The notes: a model not told the origin generated them from the letters alone. A stretch of 64,000 nucleotides of DNA from an uncultured Pseudomonadota bacterium (GCA_963749075.1 CAVVLJ010000016.1:1184001-1248000); one strand, 5' to 3'. Counted from the first letter of the stretch, positions 9,855 to 19,673 are shown. Numbers and translations are program-made.

Positions 9855-12290
9855 CTATCCGAGCGCCAGCGCGAAACGGCCCCGGCGAACCATGGCGCTG
9901 GCGTCCGCGAGTGCGACCGGCTTGCTGAAGTAGCCGCCCTGCCCCTCGGCGCAGCCGCGCGTCCGGAGGAACTCGAGTTGCGCCCCGGTCTCGACGCCCT
10001 CGGCAACGAGCGGTATGCGCAGCGCCGTGGCGAGATTGATGATCGCCTCGACGATCGCCGAATTGCTCGGGTCCGCGGGCACGCTCGCGACGAAGACCTG
10101 GGCGATCTTGATGCGGTCGACGGGGAAGGCGCGCAGGTACTCGAGCGACGAATAGCCGGTGCCGAAGTCGTCGATGGCGATGCGGACGCCGATCTCTCCC
10201 AGCCGGCTCAGGATGTCGCGGTGCGCCTGGGTGGTCTCCATGAAAACGGTCTCGGTGATCTCGAGCTCGAGGCGCTGCGCCGGAAAACCCGTCCTGGCGA
10301 GGGCCGCCTCCAGGATGTCGACATAGAGCGCGCCGCGCTTGAGCACGGAGCTCGAGACGTTGACCGAGAGCACGCGCGGTGCGATGCCCTCGTCCACCCA
10401 GTGCCGCCCGAAGCGGCACGCCTCCTCGAGCATCCAGGCGTCGAGGTCGAGGATCAGGCCGCTGCGCTCGGCCTCGGCGATGAAGAGGCTCGGCGGCAGC
10501 AGTCCGCGCGTCGGATGCTGCCAGCGCAGCAGGCACTCGATGCCGACGATGGCGCCGCTTGCGAGATCGACCTGCGGCTGGCAGCGCACCGCGAGCTCGC
10601 CGCGCTTCAAGCCGCCGCGCAGGTCCTCGACGAGTGCCGCGCGGGCGCGCACCTCGTCGTCCATCTCGGGCAGATGGAAGCAGAAGCGGCCGCCGCCCTC
10701 GCCCTTCGCCTTGTACATGGCAAGGTCCGCGTGCGCCAGCGTCTCCTGCTCGCCGCCGGTCCCGCCGGCATAGATGGCAATCCCGACGCTGGCGTCGATG
10801 TGGGTCTCATGCGCGCCCAGCTGGAAAGTCCCGGCGAGCGAGCCGAGGAGCTTCGCCGCCAGCAATGCCGCGTCGGCAGGATCGCGGAGGGCGGTCTGGA
10901 TGACGGCGAACTCGTCGCCGCCGAGGCGCGCCACCGTGTCGGTATCGCGCACCCCTTGCGTGAATCGCTCGGCGACGGCCTTGAGCAGCTCGTCGCCGAT
11001 CTGGTGGCCGAGGGTGTCGTTGACCTCCTTGAAGTGGTCGAGATCGAGGTAGAGCACGGCGAATTTGCTCTCGCCGCGCTTCACTCTGGCGATCTCCTGC
11101 CTCAGGCGCTCGAGGAACATCATGCGGTTGGGCAGGCCGGTGAGGAAGTCGTGGCGCGCGGAATGGATGGTCTCCTGCTCCGCGCGCTTGCGCTCGCCTA
11201 TCTCCCGCTGCAGGCTCGAGGCGAGTGCCTTCAGGCGGTCGGCGCCGTAGCGGCCGCGGGCGAGATAGAAGGTCAAGAGGGCGGTGAGCGCCAGGCCGAG
11301 GGCGAGCTCGGGCCAGCCGGCCGTGGCGTAGGCTCGGGCGGCCAGCTCCGGCGTCGGTCGAACGATCACGGTCCAGTCGCGCCCCGCGAAATTGAACGAG
11401 GAACCGGCGTAAGGCGCTTTCAATATGGACGACTCGTCGATTTCTTCGGCCGAAGCACGGCTCTTGTCCGCCGCGCGGTAATAGAAGACCCTGTCGCGGG
11501 GTGCGGCGCCGTCGTCGAGCACATACATCTCAAGCCCGCGGGACGTGGCCTGCACGGCCTCCGTGATGGCATCGAGGGCGGGACTCGTGAGTAGCCTGAA
11601 CGCCAGCATGCCGACGGGTTCGGCCTCGCCCAGACGCGTCGCCGCGGCGCCGAGCGGCGAGGCGAAGACCGGCACGAAGATGAGGCAGCCTCGGCCGCCC
11701 ATGTAATAGCGGATCGGCGGCGTGGCGGACGGCATGTCCCTGGCGGTCGCGCGGCGCACCGTATCGGCGCGATCGCTCTCCGAAAGGAGGTCGAAGCCAA
11801 AGGGGGCTTTGACGTTCGCCGGCGCGAAATAGCGGATGGGAAAATACTCGTCCCGCGCGCCGGCAGGGATGAAGCCGCCTTTGGGCGCCGGCTCGATGAT
11901 GCGATAGTCGGCGAAACCTTCGGCACGGGCCGCCGCCTCGAAGCTCGCGCGCCCGGCGGCCGTGACGCGCGGCTCCCAGCTCACGTTCTGGAAGCCGCTC
12001 CCGAGGAGATGGCTCGCGAGGAAGACGTCGCGCGCGTAAGCCTGGAAACGCTCGCGATTAATCTCGGCGTAAGGAAACGAGGCGGCGAAGCCCTCGATCG
12101 TGCCCTCGTAGCGGCCGAGGACCCCCTGAATGTCGCGTGCACGCAGCTCCGCCTGCGCCGCGAGGCTGTCCTTGAAACGATCCTCGGCGCTGCGGCGCAG
12201 GCTCTCGAACGCGGTCAGCGAGACAGCGACGCCGATGCAGGCTGCCAGTGCCGCGGGCCAGTATTTGCGGGCTAGAGCAACGTCGACCAA
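9855..12290 (-). CDS. CHASE-GGDEF-EAL diguanylate cyclase/phosphodiesterase
   Basis: Two TM helices flanking a CHASE-like region (EYFPIRYFAP, FGFDL); intact RLGGDEF; EAL variant ECL; IDDFGTGYSSL. Confidence 0.9.
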   Translation of the reverse strand: MVDVALARKYWPAALAACIGVAVSLTAFESLRRSAEDRFKDSLAAQAELRARDIQGVLGRYEGTIEGFAASFPYAEINRERFQAYARDVFLASHLLGSGFQNVSWEPRVTAAGRASFEAAARAEGFADYRIIEPAPKGGFIPAGARDEYFPIRYFAPANVKAPFGFDLLSESDRADTVRRATARDMPSATPPIRYYMGGRGCLIFVPVFASPLGAAATRLGEAEPVGMLAFRLLTSPALDAITEAVQATSRGLEMYVLDDGAAPRDRVFYYRAADKSRASAEEIDESSILKAPYAGSSFNFAGRDWTVIVRPTPELAARAYATAGWPELALGLALTALLTFYLARGRYGADRLKALASSLQREIGERKRAEQETIHSARHDFLTGLPNRMMFLERLRQEIARVKRGESKFAVLYLDLDHFKEVNDTLGHQIGDELLKAVAERFTQGVRDTDTVARLGGDEFAVIQTALRDPADAALLAAKLLGSLAGTFQLGAHETHIDASVGIAIYAGGTGGEQETLAHADLAMYKAKGEGGGRFCFHLPEMDDEVRARAALVEDLRGGLKRGELAVRCQPQVDLASGAIVGIECLLRWQHPTRGLLPPSLFIAEAERSGLILDLDAWMLEEACRFGRHWVDEGIAPRVLSVNVSSSVLKRGALYVDILEAALARTGFPAQRLELEITETVFMETTQAHRDILSRLGEIGVRIAIDDFGTGYSSLEYLRAFPVDRIKIAQVFVASVPADPSNSAIVEAIINLATALRIPLVAEGVETGAQLEFLRTRGCAEGQGGYFSKPVALADASAMVRRGRFALALG

Positions 12291-12565
12291 AGGCGCGCCT
12301 CGTGTGCGCCGGCACGATCTTGAGCGGCAGTGCTAAACCTGATAAACTTGAACAAATCCAAAGGCAACAAGAAATAAGTTAAAGAGTAATGCGGCGGAGC
12401 CGGCAATAGAGCTCGACCTTGGGCGGAGCAAGAGCGCAAAACTATTTCCCATGCCTTTGCCGGCGCCGGAGGGGTGGCGCGCGCGTACTTCGCGATAGCG
12501 AGGAATCCTCTCGAGGCGGCGCACCCAGGCGCAAGCGGTGGACCGCCGGCCCATGGCAGCGCGCG

Positions 12566-13366
12566 ATGGCGCTTCTCCTCGCCGCGGCGGCGCTCGCGGC
12601 ATCGCCCGAAGCGTTGGCCAGGGCCGACGCGCTCGACGCCATTCGGGCACGCGGCACGCTCATCGTCGGCACCAAGGCCGATTACCGGCCGTTCGGCTTT
12701 CGCGACGGCTCCGGCGCCATCGTCGGCTTCGAGCCCGACCTCGCGGCGGAGATCGCGAAGCGGCTCGCGGTCAAGCTCGCGCTCGTGCCGGTCGTGGCCG
12801 CCAACCGCCTGGAGCTCCTTGCAGAGGGCAAGGTCGACCTCGTGATCGCGACCATGAACGACACGCCGGAGCGGCACAAGCTCGCCGACTTCGTCGAGCC
12901 CAGCTATTATGCCTCCGGCGTCAATGTCCTGGCGCCGCGCGCACTGCATCTGCACATCTGGCAGGAACTGGAGGGCAAGCGGGTCTGCACGATCCAGGAC
13001 GCCTTCTACGTCGGGGAGATCAAGCAACGCTATGCGCCCGAAATCCGCACCTACAAATATACGAACGAGATCTACGCTGCGCTGCGGCAGGGCACGTGCG
13101 ATGCGGTGCTCTATGACGACACGGCGCTCATCGGCCAGCTCCAGGCCCTCGGGTGGAGCGATTTCGAGATGCCGCTCCGCTCGATCCTCGTCGAGCCGTG
13201 GGGCATGGCGGTGCGGCTCGGCGAGCAGCACTTCGCGGCGATGCTGTCCGAGATGGTCAGGGGCTGGCACAAGAGCGGGCGCATCATCGCGCTCGAGAAG
13301 AAATGGTCCATCCCTCCCTCGGTCTTCGCCGAGGAAATGCACGAGCGCTATCAAGACAGCCAATAG
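12566..13366 (+). CDS. Amino-acid ABC-type periplasmic substrate-binding protein
   Basis: Signal peptide, GTKADYRPFGF, GFEPDLA, GKVDLVIATM; start uncertain (ORF is open from 12419). Confidence 0.88.
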   Translation: MALLLAAAALAASPEALARADALDAIRARGTLIVGTKADYRPFGFRDGSGAIVGFEPDLAAEIAKRLAVKLALVPVVAANRLELLAEGKVDLVIATMNDTPERHKLADFVEPSYYASGVNVLAPRALHLHIWQELEGKRVCTIQDAFYVGEIKQRYAPEIRTYKYTNEIYAALRQGTCDAVLYDDTALIGQLQALGWSDFEMPLRSILVEPWGMAVRLGEQHFAAMLSEMVRGWHKSGRIIALEKKWSIPPSVFAEEMHERYQDSQ

Positions 13367-13420
13367 CGCGGCGGCCTCCGCGGCCACGGGCTGAGCGGCG
13401 AGGCGGGGCGCATTCCCGGC

Positions 13421-15019
13421 ATGGCTGCAAACGGCTTCCTTTCGCGCCGCGGCCTTGCGCCGGACATCGCCGGCCTCCTGGCGGTTGCCCTCGCGATCGC
13501 CGCCGTCTATGGGCGGAGCTTCGACTATCCCACCTTCAACCCCGAGCATGCGCTGCTCTTCGCCGCCAATGACGGGCTCAGCTGGCGCGGCCTCCTCGAC
13601 AAGTACCTAGACGTGGCGCCGGGCTTCTACAAGCCGACCACCTTCTACGGCTATTACCAGCTGATGAGCGGCATCTTCGGCTGGCACGACATCGCGGCAT
13701 TCAGGGCCGCCTCCATCCTCCTCCTCTTCGCCTTCGGCGCGGCCGTTTATCGTTTCTCCATCACGCTCATGGCGGGCGACCGCCTGGCGGCCTCGAGTGC
13801 CGCCGTGCTCACCGTGGTTCACCCGCTGCTCTTCACCATCGTCTACGAGGCGATCGGCTTCGATCTCGTCAACCACCTCTGCGTCCTTGGCGCCGCGGCG
13901 CTGTTCTGCGGCCGCAGCTTCGTCGGCAGATGGGGAGCGGCGGCCCTAGCGCTCGCCGTCCTCCTCTACCTCGTGGCGCTCACCGCGAAGGAGCAGGCGG
14001 TGATCCTGCCGGCGTTCCTTTTCCTCGTGCTGCTCATCGAGCGCTTCATGGGGCCGCTCTCGGCCGAGGCGGGGCTCGCCGTGGCGGAGCGGAGGCGGCT
14101 CCGGCGCCGGCGCTGGGCCTGCTTCCTCCTCGTCGCCATACTTACGGCCGCTTATCTCTGGCGCATCATCTTCGCGCGCTACGGCTTCGCCATGTTCACG
14201 CTCTCGCACCAGGACGCTACCTACCGCGCGGCGTTCGATCCGAAGATCGTGCTCAGCAATCTCGTGAGCGGTCCCTTCGGGGTCGCCCACATCTTCAGGT
14301 GGCCGATGGTCACCTGGGGCATGAGCTGGATTCAGGACAAATGGTGGAACACGCTCTTCGGGGCAGCGCTGCTCGCGGCAATCGCCTCGCACGTCGGCCG
14401 TGCGGTGCTGAAGCGCGACAGGGCCGAGCTCGCGCGCTTCGCCGTCCTCCTGGCCCTGCTCCTCACCGCCGCGGCGCCGCCAATCTTCAGCGGCGGGCGG
14501 CCGTGGCACTACACGCTTTGCGTCGCGGCCTATGCCGTGATGGCCGGGCGCGCCTTCGCGGCACTGGCGCGGCGTGCAGCAGGGGGGCGGCGGCCGGCCG
14601 TGCTCGGCACAGCGCTCGCCGCGGCCTTCGTCGCCCTCTCTGTCATGGAGCACGGCAATTTCGCGCGCGAGGTGCGCTTCCGCATGCCCCTCTTCCGGCT
14701 CAACGCCGAGGCGCTCGCGCGGCCCCCCGTGGCCCCGGCGGCCATGCCGCGCGGCGCCACCATCCTCTATTCCATCAAGGGGCACGAGGGCTGGGACTTC
14801 GGCGCCGGCAATCTCTTCCGCCTCGCCTACCTCGACCCGACCATCGACGAGGTCCAGGCCCCCGACGCGGCGCACCTGACGCCTGAGATGGCCAGCACCT
14901 GGCGCGCGGCACCGCACGCCTACTACTTCACCTACGACCCGGCACGCACCCCACCCTGGCAGGACGACACCGCCCGCTTCAAGGCAAAGCTCGGGGCGGC
15001 AGCACGGCCGCCCGGCTAG
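13421..15019 (+). CDS. Polytopic membrane protein, probable GT-C fold glycosyltransferase
   Basis: About 10 hydrophobic segments; early loop FYKPT and LTAKE motifs resemble the YRP and SKE motifs of ArnT/PMT-like proteins. Confidence 0.6.
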   Translation: MAANGFLSRRGLAPDIAGLLAVALAIAAVYGRSFDYPTFNPEHALLFAANDGLSWRGLLDKYLDVAPGFYKPTTFYGYYQLMSGIFGWHDIAAFRAASILLLFAFGAAVYRFSITLMAGDRLAASSAAVLTVVHPLLFTIVYEAIGFDLVNHLCVLGAAALFCGRSFVGRWGAAALALAVLLYLVALTAKEQAVILPAFLFLVLLIERFMGPLSAEAGLAVAERRRLRRRRWACFLLVAILTAAYLWRIIFARYGFAMFTLSHQDATYRAAFDPKIVLSNLVSGPFGVAHIFRWPMVTWGMSWIQDKWWNTLFGAALLAAIASHVGRAVLKRDRAELARFAVLLALLLTAAAPPIFSGGRPWHYTLCVAAYAVMAGRAFAALARRAAGGRRPAVLGTALAAAFVALSVMEHGNFAREVRFRMPLFRLNAEALARPPVAPAAMPRGATILYSIKGHEGWDFGAGNLFRLAYLDPTIDEVQAPDAAHLTPEMASTWRAAPHAYYFTYDPARTPPWQDDTARFKAKLGAAARPPG

Positions 15020-15054
15020 GGCGGGTTCCGGCTCGATGGAATCGCCAATTATTC

Positions 15055-15110
15055 TCGTCACCCCCGGGCTTGACCCCCCGGGTCGAAGAGCCCGGGGGCG
15101 GCAATGACGA
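15055..15110. repeat. REP-like GC hairpin
   Basis: CGTCA-CCCCCGGGCT ... AGCCCGGGGG ... TGACG nested inverted repeat. Confidence 0.5.
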
Positions 15111-15229
15111 CAAGAGGCGGTGCCAACTAAATGGGAACCGCCCAAGGGCAGCGACAACCGGGCCCGCGCGGCCGCGAGATGGCAATTTCATCGCGCGGCG
15201 CGATCTGCTAAGCCCGCAGCGTCGGCAGC

Positions 15230-15319
15230 GGATGGGTGGCCGAGCGGTTTAAGGCACCGGTCTTGAAAACCGGAGGACCCGCAAGGGTCCCGTGGGTTCG
15301 AATCCCACCCCATCCGCCA
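15230..15319 (+). tRNA. tRNA-Ser (anticodon TGA)
   Basis: GGATGGG acceptor stem pairing with CCCATCC, anticodon loop CT-TGA-AA, long variable arm GGACCC-GCAA-GGGTCC, GGTTCGAATCC T arm, encoded CCA; 90 nt. Confidence 0.97.
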
Positions 15320-15360
15320 AACCCGCCGTTCGCGTTTGGTCGCCGACGCCGGAGAACATA

Positions 15361-15389
15361 TTGAAAAATAGCCTATTTTACTGTATAAT
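15361..15389 (+). promoter_or_regulatory. Sigma70-type promoter of the integrase
   Basis: TTGAAA-17 bp-TATAAT. Confidence 0.75.
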
Positions 15390-15424
15390 GCGCTCGTTGT
15401 CGTCCGTCCGCGTTCGCCCGAGGT

Positions 15425-15503
15425 TGTGGGTAAACGCATCGGCGGCGTGGGTAGACATGCGGGTAAAACGAGTTGGGCGGACGTGGCGCAATTTGTGGGT
15501 AGG
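15425..15503 (+). repeat. Putative integrase arm-binding direct repeats (YGYGGGTA x4)
   Basis: TGTGGGTA 15425, CGTGGGTA 15446, TGCGGGTA 15458, TGTGGGTA 15494; related CGCGGGTA and TGCGGGCA at 26752-26771 near the right att site. Confidence 0.65.
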
Positions 15504-16727
15504 CTCACCGCGCTCAAGGTTCTCAAGACGAAGAGGCCGGGAATGCATGCCGACGGCGCCGGCCTCTATCTGCAAGTGACCGGCGACGGCGGCGCGCATG
15601 TCGCGAAGTCGTGGATTTACCGCTTCACGCTTCGCGGCAGAGCTCGCGAGATGGGGCTGGGCTCGCTCTCAACATTCAGCCTGGCCGAGGCTCGGATCAA
15701 GGCAGCCGAGTGGCGGCGACTGGCCTACGAGGGCATAGACCCGATCGAGGCCCGCAGGTCCGAGCGCGCCAGGGCCGCGCTCGATGCCGCCAAGGCGCTG
15801 ACCTTCAAGGAATGCACGAAGCAGTACATCGCGGCGCACAGCACTGGCTGGCGCAACGCCAAGCACGCGGCGCAATGGAGCACCACCGTTAAGACCTACG
15901 CCGAACCTGTTATTGGCGCCCTGCCTGTCCAAAACATCGACACGGCATTGGTGATGAAAATCCTCGAGCCGCTTTGGCCGAAGAAGCCAGAGACTGCGGC
16001 CCGACTTCGCGGCCGCATCGAGGCCGTGCTCGATTGGGCGACCGTGCGCGGCTATCGCCAGGGCGAGAACCCGGCGCGGTGGCGCGGCCATCTCGACAAG
16101 CTGCTGCCGGCGCCCGCCATGGTGCGCAAGGTGAAGCACCATGCCGCGCTGCCTTATGACGAGCTGCCTGAGTTCATGGCTGCGTTGCGCGCCCAGGAGG
16201 GTGTTGCGGCGCGCGCGCTCGAGTTCCTGATCCTCACGGCGGCGCGCACGGGCGAGGTGATCGGCGCGCGCCCAGACGAGATCAAGGACAAGGTTTGGAC
16301 GGTGCCGGCCGGGCGCATGAAGGGCGGCACAGAGCATCGCGTGCCGCTGTCGGCCGCTGCGTTGGCGATCGTCGAGATGATGGCGAAGGAGCATGGCGGC
16401 GAGTTCCTGTTCCCCGGCGGCAAGCGCGGCAAGCCGCTGAGCAACATGGCGATGCTGGCGCTACTTGCGCGCATGGGCCGCGCGGATCTGACCGCGCATG
16501 GCTTCCGTTCCACGTTCCGCGATTGGGCCGCCGAGCGCACGAACTACCCGCGCGAAGTGGTCGAGATGGCGCTGGCGCATGCGATCGAGAACAAGGTCGA
16601 GGCCGCCTATCGGCGCGGCGACCTCTTCGACAAACGCCGCTCGCTGATGGCCGAATGGGCGAAGTTCTGTGCCCGGATCAAGCGCCCAGGCGATGGTCAG
16701 GTCGTGCCGATCGGGCGTCACGGATAG
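15495..16727 (+). CDS. P4-like tyrosine integrase with arm-DNA-binding domain
   Basis: ADGAGLYL and EMGLG N-domain; catalytic R (ARTGE), HGFR, LAH and AAYRR; start taken at GTG 15495. Confidence 0.96.
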   Translation: MGRLTALKVLKTKRPGMHADGAGLYLQVTGDGGAHVAKSWIYRFTLRGRAREMGLGSLSTFSLAEARIKAAEWRRLAYEGIDPIEARRSERARAALDAAKALTFKECTKQYIAAHSTGWRNAKHAAQWSTTVKTYAEPVIGALPVQNIDTALVMKILEPLWPKKPETAARLRGRIEAVLDWATVRGYRQGENPARWRGHLDKLLPAPAMVRKVKHHAALPYDELPEFMAALRAQEGVAARALEFLILTAARTGEVIGARPDEIKDKVWTVPAGRMKGGTEHRVPLSAAALAIVEMMAKEHGGEFLFPGGKRGKPLSNMAMLALLARMGRADLTAHGFRSTFRDWAAERTNYPREVVEMALAHAIENKVEAAYRRGDLFDKRRSLMAEWAKFCARIKRPGDGQVVPIGRHG

Positions 16728-16891
16728 AACGGACTTGCGACAACCGGTTGGATTGCTGACAGTTACGAGGACACGCAACCACCGAGACCGACACTCACTC
16801 GCGGTCACAATTTGAATCCGTCAATTGACTGGTGAAGGTCTCGGCGTCGAATTTCCGGGTGATTTCCCAGAAAGCCAGTTACGGGAGAGCG

Positions 16892-16967
16892 GACTTATTG
16901 CAAATATCAAGACTTACGCAAAAAAAACCTAGCCCGCTGATCCGACGGCCCTTTTCTTTTGCATAAG
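16892..16967. promoter_or_regulatory. Putative res-like site upstream of the resolvase
   Basis: AT-rich; inverted repeat CTTACGCAAAA (16913-16923) / TTTTGCATAAG (16957-16967) plus related GACTTATTGCAAA at 16892. Confidence 0.5.
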
Positions 16968-16986
16968 CCGGATTCATAATCGCGGC

Positions 16987-17532
16987 ATGATTTACGGCTA
17001 CGCGCGGGTATCGACGGACGGCCAGAGCGTTGACGCTCAGGTGCGCCAGCTCAAAGCCGCCCGATGCGAGCAGGTCTTCCGGGAGACGGCCAGCGGAGCG
17101 AAGACCGACCGCGCGCAGCTACGCCGCGCCATGGCCACGCTCGACGCCGGGGACGTACTGATGGTGACGCGACTCGACCGGCTGGCCCGCTCGACCCGCG
17201 ATCTCTTGAACACCCTGGCCGCCATTGCCGACAGGAAGGTATGCTTCCGCTCCCTAGGCGACGCATGGGCCGACACCACCACAGCGCACGGGCGGTTGAT
17301 GCTGACCGTCCTCGGCGGGCTGGCGGAGTTCGAGTGTGAGCTGATCCGGGTCCGCACTGGCGAGGGCCGCGCCCGCGCCAAGGCGCACGGGCAGAGCCTT
17401 GGCCGACCCTTCAAGCTCACCGCGCACCAGCGGCGGGAGGCCACCGAGCGCCGCGAGCGCGGCGAGACGCTGGCCGATATCGCCCGCAGCTACAACGTCA
17501 GCGCGGCCACGATTTCGAGGCTCACGGCATGA
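16987..17532 (+). CDS. Serine recombinase (resolvase/invertase family)
   Basis: YGYARVST, VTRLDRLARS, C-terminal HTH (IARSYNVSAATISRL). Confidence 0.95.
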   Translation: MIYGYARVSTDGQSVDAQVRQLKAARCEQVFRETASGAKTDRAQLRRAMATLDAGDVLMVTRLDRLARSTRDLLNTLAAIADRKVCFRSLGDAWADTTTAHGRLMLTVLGGLAEFECELIRVRTGEGRARAKAHGQSLGRPFKLTAHQRREATERRERGETLADIARSYNVSAATISRLTA

Positions 17533-17753
17533 CGCCTACCCCATGCGCCGATTGCAAGGAGCAGGTGACGAAGGGCCGGCAAACTGACCCTCACCAGCAC
17601 CTACGCTTGCTGAGCACCCGCCCGTTTCGAGGCTCAATGTTTGGTGGCTGGGAAGAGATGACGTATCAGTGCGGCGTCTGCGGTGCGGTAGTCGAGCACA
17701 CAAACGACAAGAACGAATTCCCGCCGTTCTGGTGGTTCAAAAAGACGACCTGA
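17529..17753 (+). CDS. Small zinc-ribbon-like hypothetical protein
   Basis: CADC and CGVC pairs; ATGA overlap with the resolvase stop. Confidence 0.65.
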   Translation: MTPTPCADCKEQVTKGRQTDPHQHLRLLSTRPFRGSMFGGWEEMTYQCGVCGAVVEHTNDKNEFPPFWWFKKTT

Positions 17754-17779
17754 AACAGATAAAGGACACCATCATATAT
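17752..17779. repeat. dif-like recombination site copy 1 (core AGGACA)
   Basis: GAAACAGATAA-AGGACA-CCATCATATAT; 17758-17781 matches 19652-19675 at 21/24. Confidence 0.55.
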
Positions 17780-17840
17780 AGAAAGGGTATAGAAAGGGGC
17801 GATGCTTATCCGCTTCACATCCCAATAGAGGAGTACGCGG

Positions 17841-18656
17841 ATGAACCCGACGATGACACTTGGCGCTATCCACAAGTGCCGACCTCGTAAATCAGCATGG
17901 GAGAGGCTTCTCGTTGGCTTGGGTTACGCCAACGGGAACTACGATCCTGACCATCTCGTCAGCCTCGGCGACATCGGCATGACAAATAACGCGGCCGACG
18001 CGCTGTGGTGCATTCGCGCGCTCGATTGGCGTGGCTTGGCGGTGCGCCGCGCCGTCATCGCTGGCGCAATATTGCCTACAGTGAGGCGCGCTTCGGTCCA
18101 TACGGCGGACGAGCGCGTCCACGATTGCATCGAGCGTGTCGAACACTGGTGCGCTGGCAACGATGGCATCTCTGACTTAGCGGTGACGGTACTATGGAAG
18201 GTGGTCAGGGCGTCAGCGAGGGCGGAGACGTGGGCGAACGTGAAGGCGGCATGGACGGAGATAAAGGCGAAGTTATCGGGGCGACCGGCTGTGGCGGAGC
18301 CGGCGGCGGCGGAGGCCGCAATGGCGGCGAAGGCGCGCGCCTGGGCGGCGGAGACGGCATTGGCGGCGGCCAAGCTGATGAAGCTGGCGAAGCTGACAAA
18401 GGCAGGTAAAGCATCAGGGGAGGCGACGTGGGAGGTGGCATGGGCGGCGCGGGTCGAGGCGCGGAGGGCGGCGATAGTGGCGGAGCTGGTACTACAAGCG
18501 GCGGTGACGGCAGCGAGGGCGGTAGACGGCCCCTCGCCGTTCGCGGAGGTGAGGTCAGCAGGGGAGATCGCGCTCCAGCGTCAGGACATCATTAAGGCGT
18601 TTCCGCCGATAGTTGGTGATCGCGAGTGCAAGCCGGATACGCATGGAAGCGCTTAG
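17841..18656 (+). CDS. Ala-rich hypothetical protein of phage-like type
   Basis: 271-aa ORF with GAGGAG RBS; N-terminus with WERLL...DALWCIRA followed by Ala/Trp-rich helical repeats. Confidence 0.6.
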   Translation: MNPTMTLGAIHKCRPRKSAWERLLVGLGYANGNYDPDHLVSLGDIGMTNNAADALWCIRALDWRGLAVRRAVIAGAILPTVRRASVHTADERVHDCIERVEHWCAGNDGISDLAVTVLWKVVRASARAETWANVKAAWTEIKAKLSGRPAVAEPAAAEAAMAAKARAWAAETALAAAKLMKLAKLTKAGKASGEATWEVAWAARVEARRAAIVAELVLQAAVTAARAVDGPSPFAEVRSAGEIALQRQDIIKAFPPIVGDRECKPDTHGSA

Positions 18657-18694
18657 GAATCCCTTGAGGAGAAGCCGCGCTCTAAGACGACAAT

Positions 18695-18771
18695 CGCCGC
18701 GAGCGTGGCGAGACGCTGGCCGACATCGGCCGCAGCTACAGCGTCAGCGCGGCCACGATTTCAAGGCTAAC
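18695..18771 (+). repeat. Duplicated 3' end of the serine recombinase gene
   Basis: 71/77 identical to 17449-17525 (HTH-coding end). Confidence 0.9.
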
Positions 18772-18780
18772 TGTGAGAGG

Positions 18781-19315
18781 TTAGGTTGGCTTTTCGAAGA
18801 AAATTGATGCCGCCAAGCCGCTGTAAATTTGGTCGACTTCACCAAAGAGACCCGCTTCTCGAAAGAGGCTGTCCGCAGGGGTTGCTATCTGCGTTTGGGT
18901 TTGCCAGGCCCGCGCCAGTCCTAAAAATACCCGTAAGACCACACCATTTAGCTGGATCAGACGACCCGTAAAACTGCGTGCCGCTCGAATTCCTACATCA
19001 TGGTCAAGAGACCAATCTGGGATATCCTCAATCCGATGAATGAGCGCGTTCCTTTTTTCCAAGAATTCTTCAAGCATCGCGTCAAATCCATCGTCCAAAT
19101 CAACCCGCTTTCTCAACTCACCGAGGAATTGTCCGAGAGTTTTTTTCCTAGCACTGCTTTGCTGCGACTTCAAGCATCGCCAACGTGGTAACGCCGCCCT
19201 CAGCCAATGCGTATGTCATGCAAAATTGTATCATGTGCTCCGTTGTTTGAATGAGGAGCAACGCTAGCCCGATGCGGGTCAGGATGTCTCTTTGTTCTTC
19301 TGAAAAAGTTGTCAT
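18781..19315 (-). CDS. Hypothetical protein (apparent +1 frameshift at ~19169)
   Basis: MTTFSEEQRDILTRIGLALL from ATG 19315 joins SQQSSARKKTLGQFL if one base is removed from GACTTC 19166-19171; start overlaps the upstream stop. Confidence 0.6.
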
Positions 19316-19635
19316 GGCGATGCGGGCTTGTATTTGTCATGGTCGCCAGACGAAAGTGCGGCGCGCTTGGAGGGTGGGAATAATCCGCGGGGATCGTCGA
19401 TCCACACGAACGGGATGCCGTGCCGATTGGCGAAATCGAGGACCTTCAGATACTCCGCCTCTACGGGAGCGCCCAAGTTGCTGGTTGTAATTCCGATTGC
19501 CGTGCCTACGCTCTCCGCAAAGCTCATTTCTCCTAAAATGACGGTGTCGTCGACCGGATCCCGATAGACTCTAAATTCGATGCACGCGGCTTGACCAGCG
19601 TCCTCCCTCCTTTCGACGACCTGAACTATGGGCAT
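19312..19635 (-). CDS. Hypothetical protein
   Basis: 107-aa ORF of globular composition; stop overlaps the next start. Confidence 0.6.
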   Translation of the reverse strand: MPIVQVVERREDAGQAACIEFRVYRDPVDDTVILGEMSFAESVGTAIGITTSNLGAPVEAEYLKVLDFANRHGIPFVWIDDPRGLFPPSKRAALSSGDHDKYKPASP

Positions 19636-19645
19636 GGGGCCTCGG

Positions 19646-19673
19646 CTTTCGGATAAAGGACATTATCATACAT
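19646..19673. repeat. dif-like recombination site copy 2 (core AGGACA)
   Basis: CTTTCGGATAA-AGGACA-TTATCATACAT; 11-6-11 layout with GATAA/TTATC inverted arms. Confidence 0.65.

Noticed and set aside
16762-16779. GTTACG-AGGACA-CGCAAC imperfect palindrome after the integrase
   Set aside because: Same hexamer, but the arms are unrelated to the two dif-like sites and too short to support a call.
18280-18520. GGCGGC-rich repetitive tract, considered as a CRISPR or DGR-type repeat
   Set aside because: Explained by Ala-rich coding; no regular repeat-spacer period and no cas or reverse transcriptase gene.
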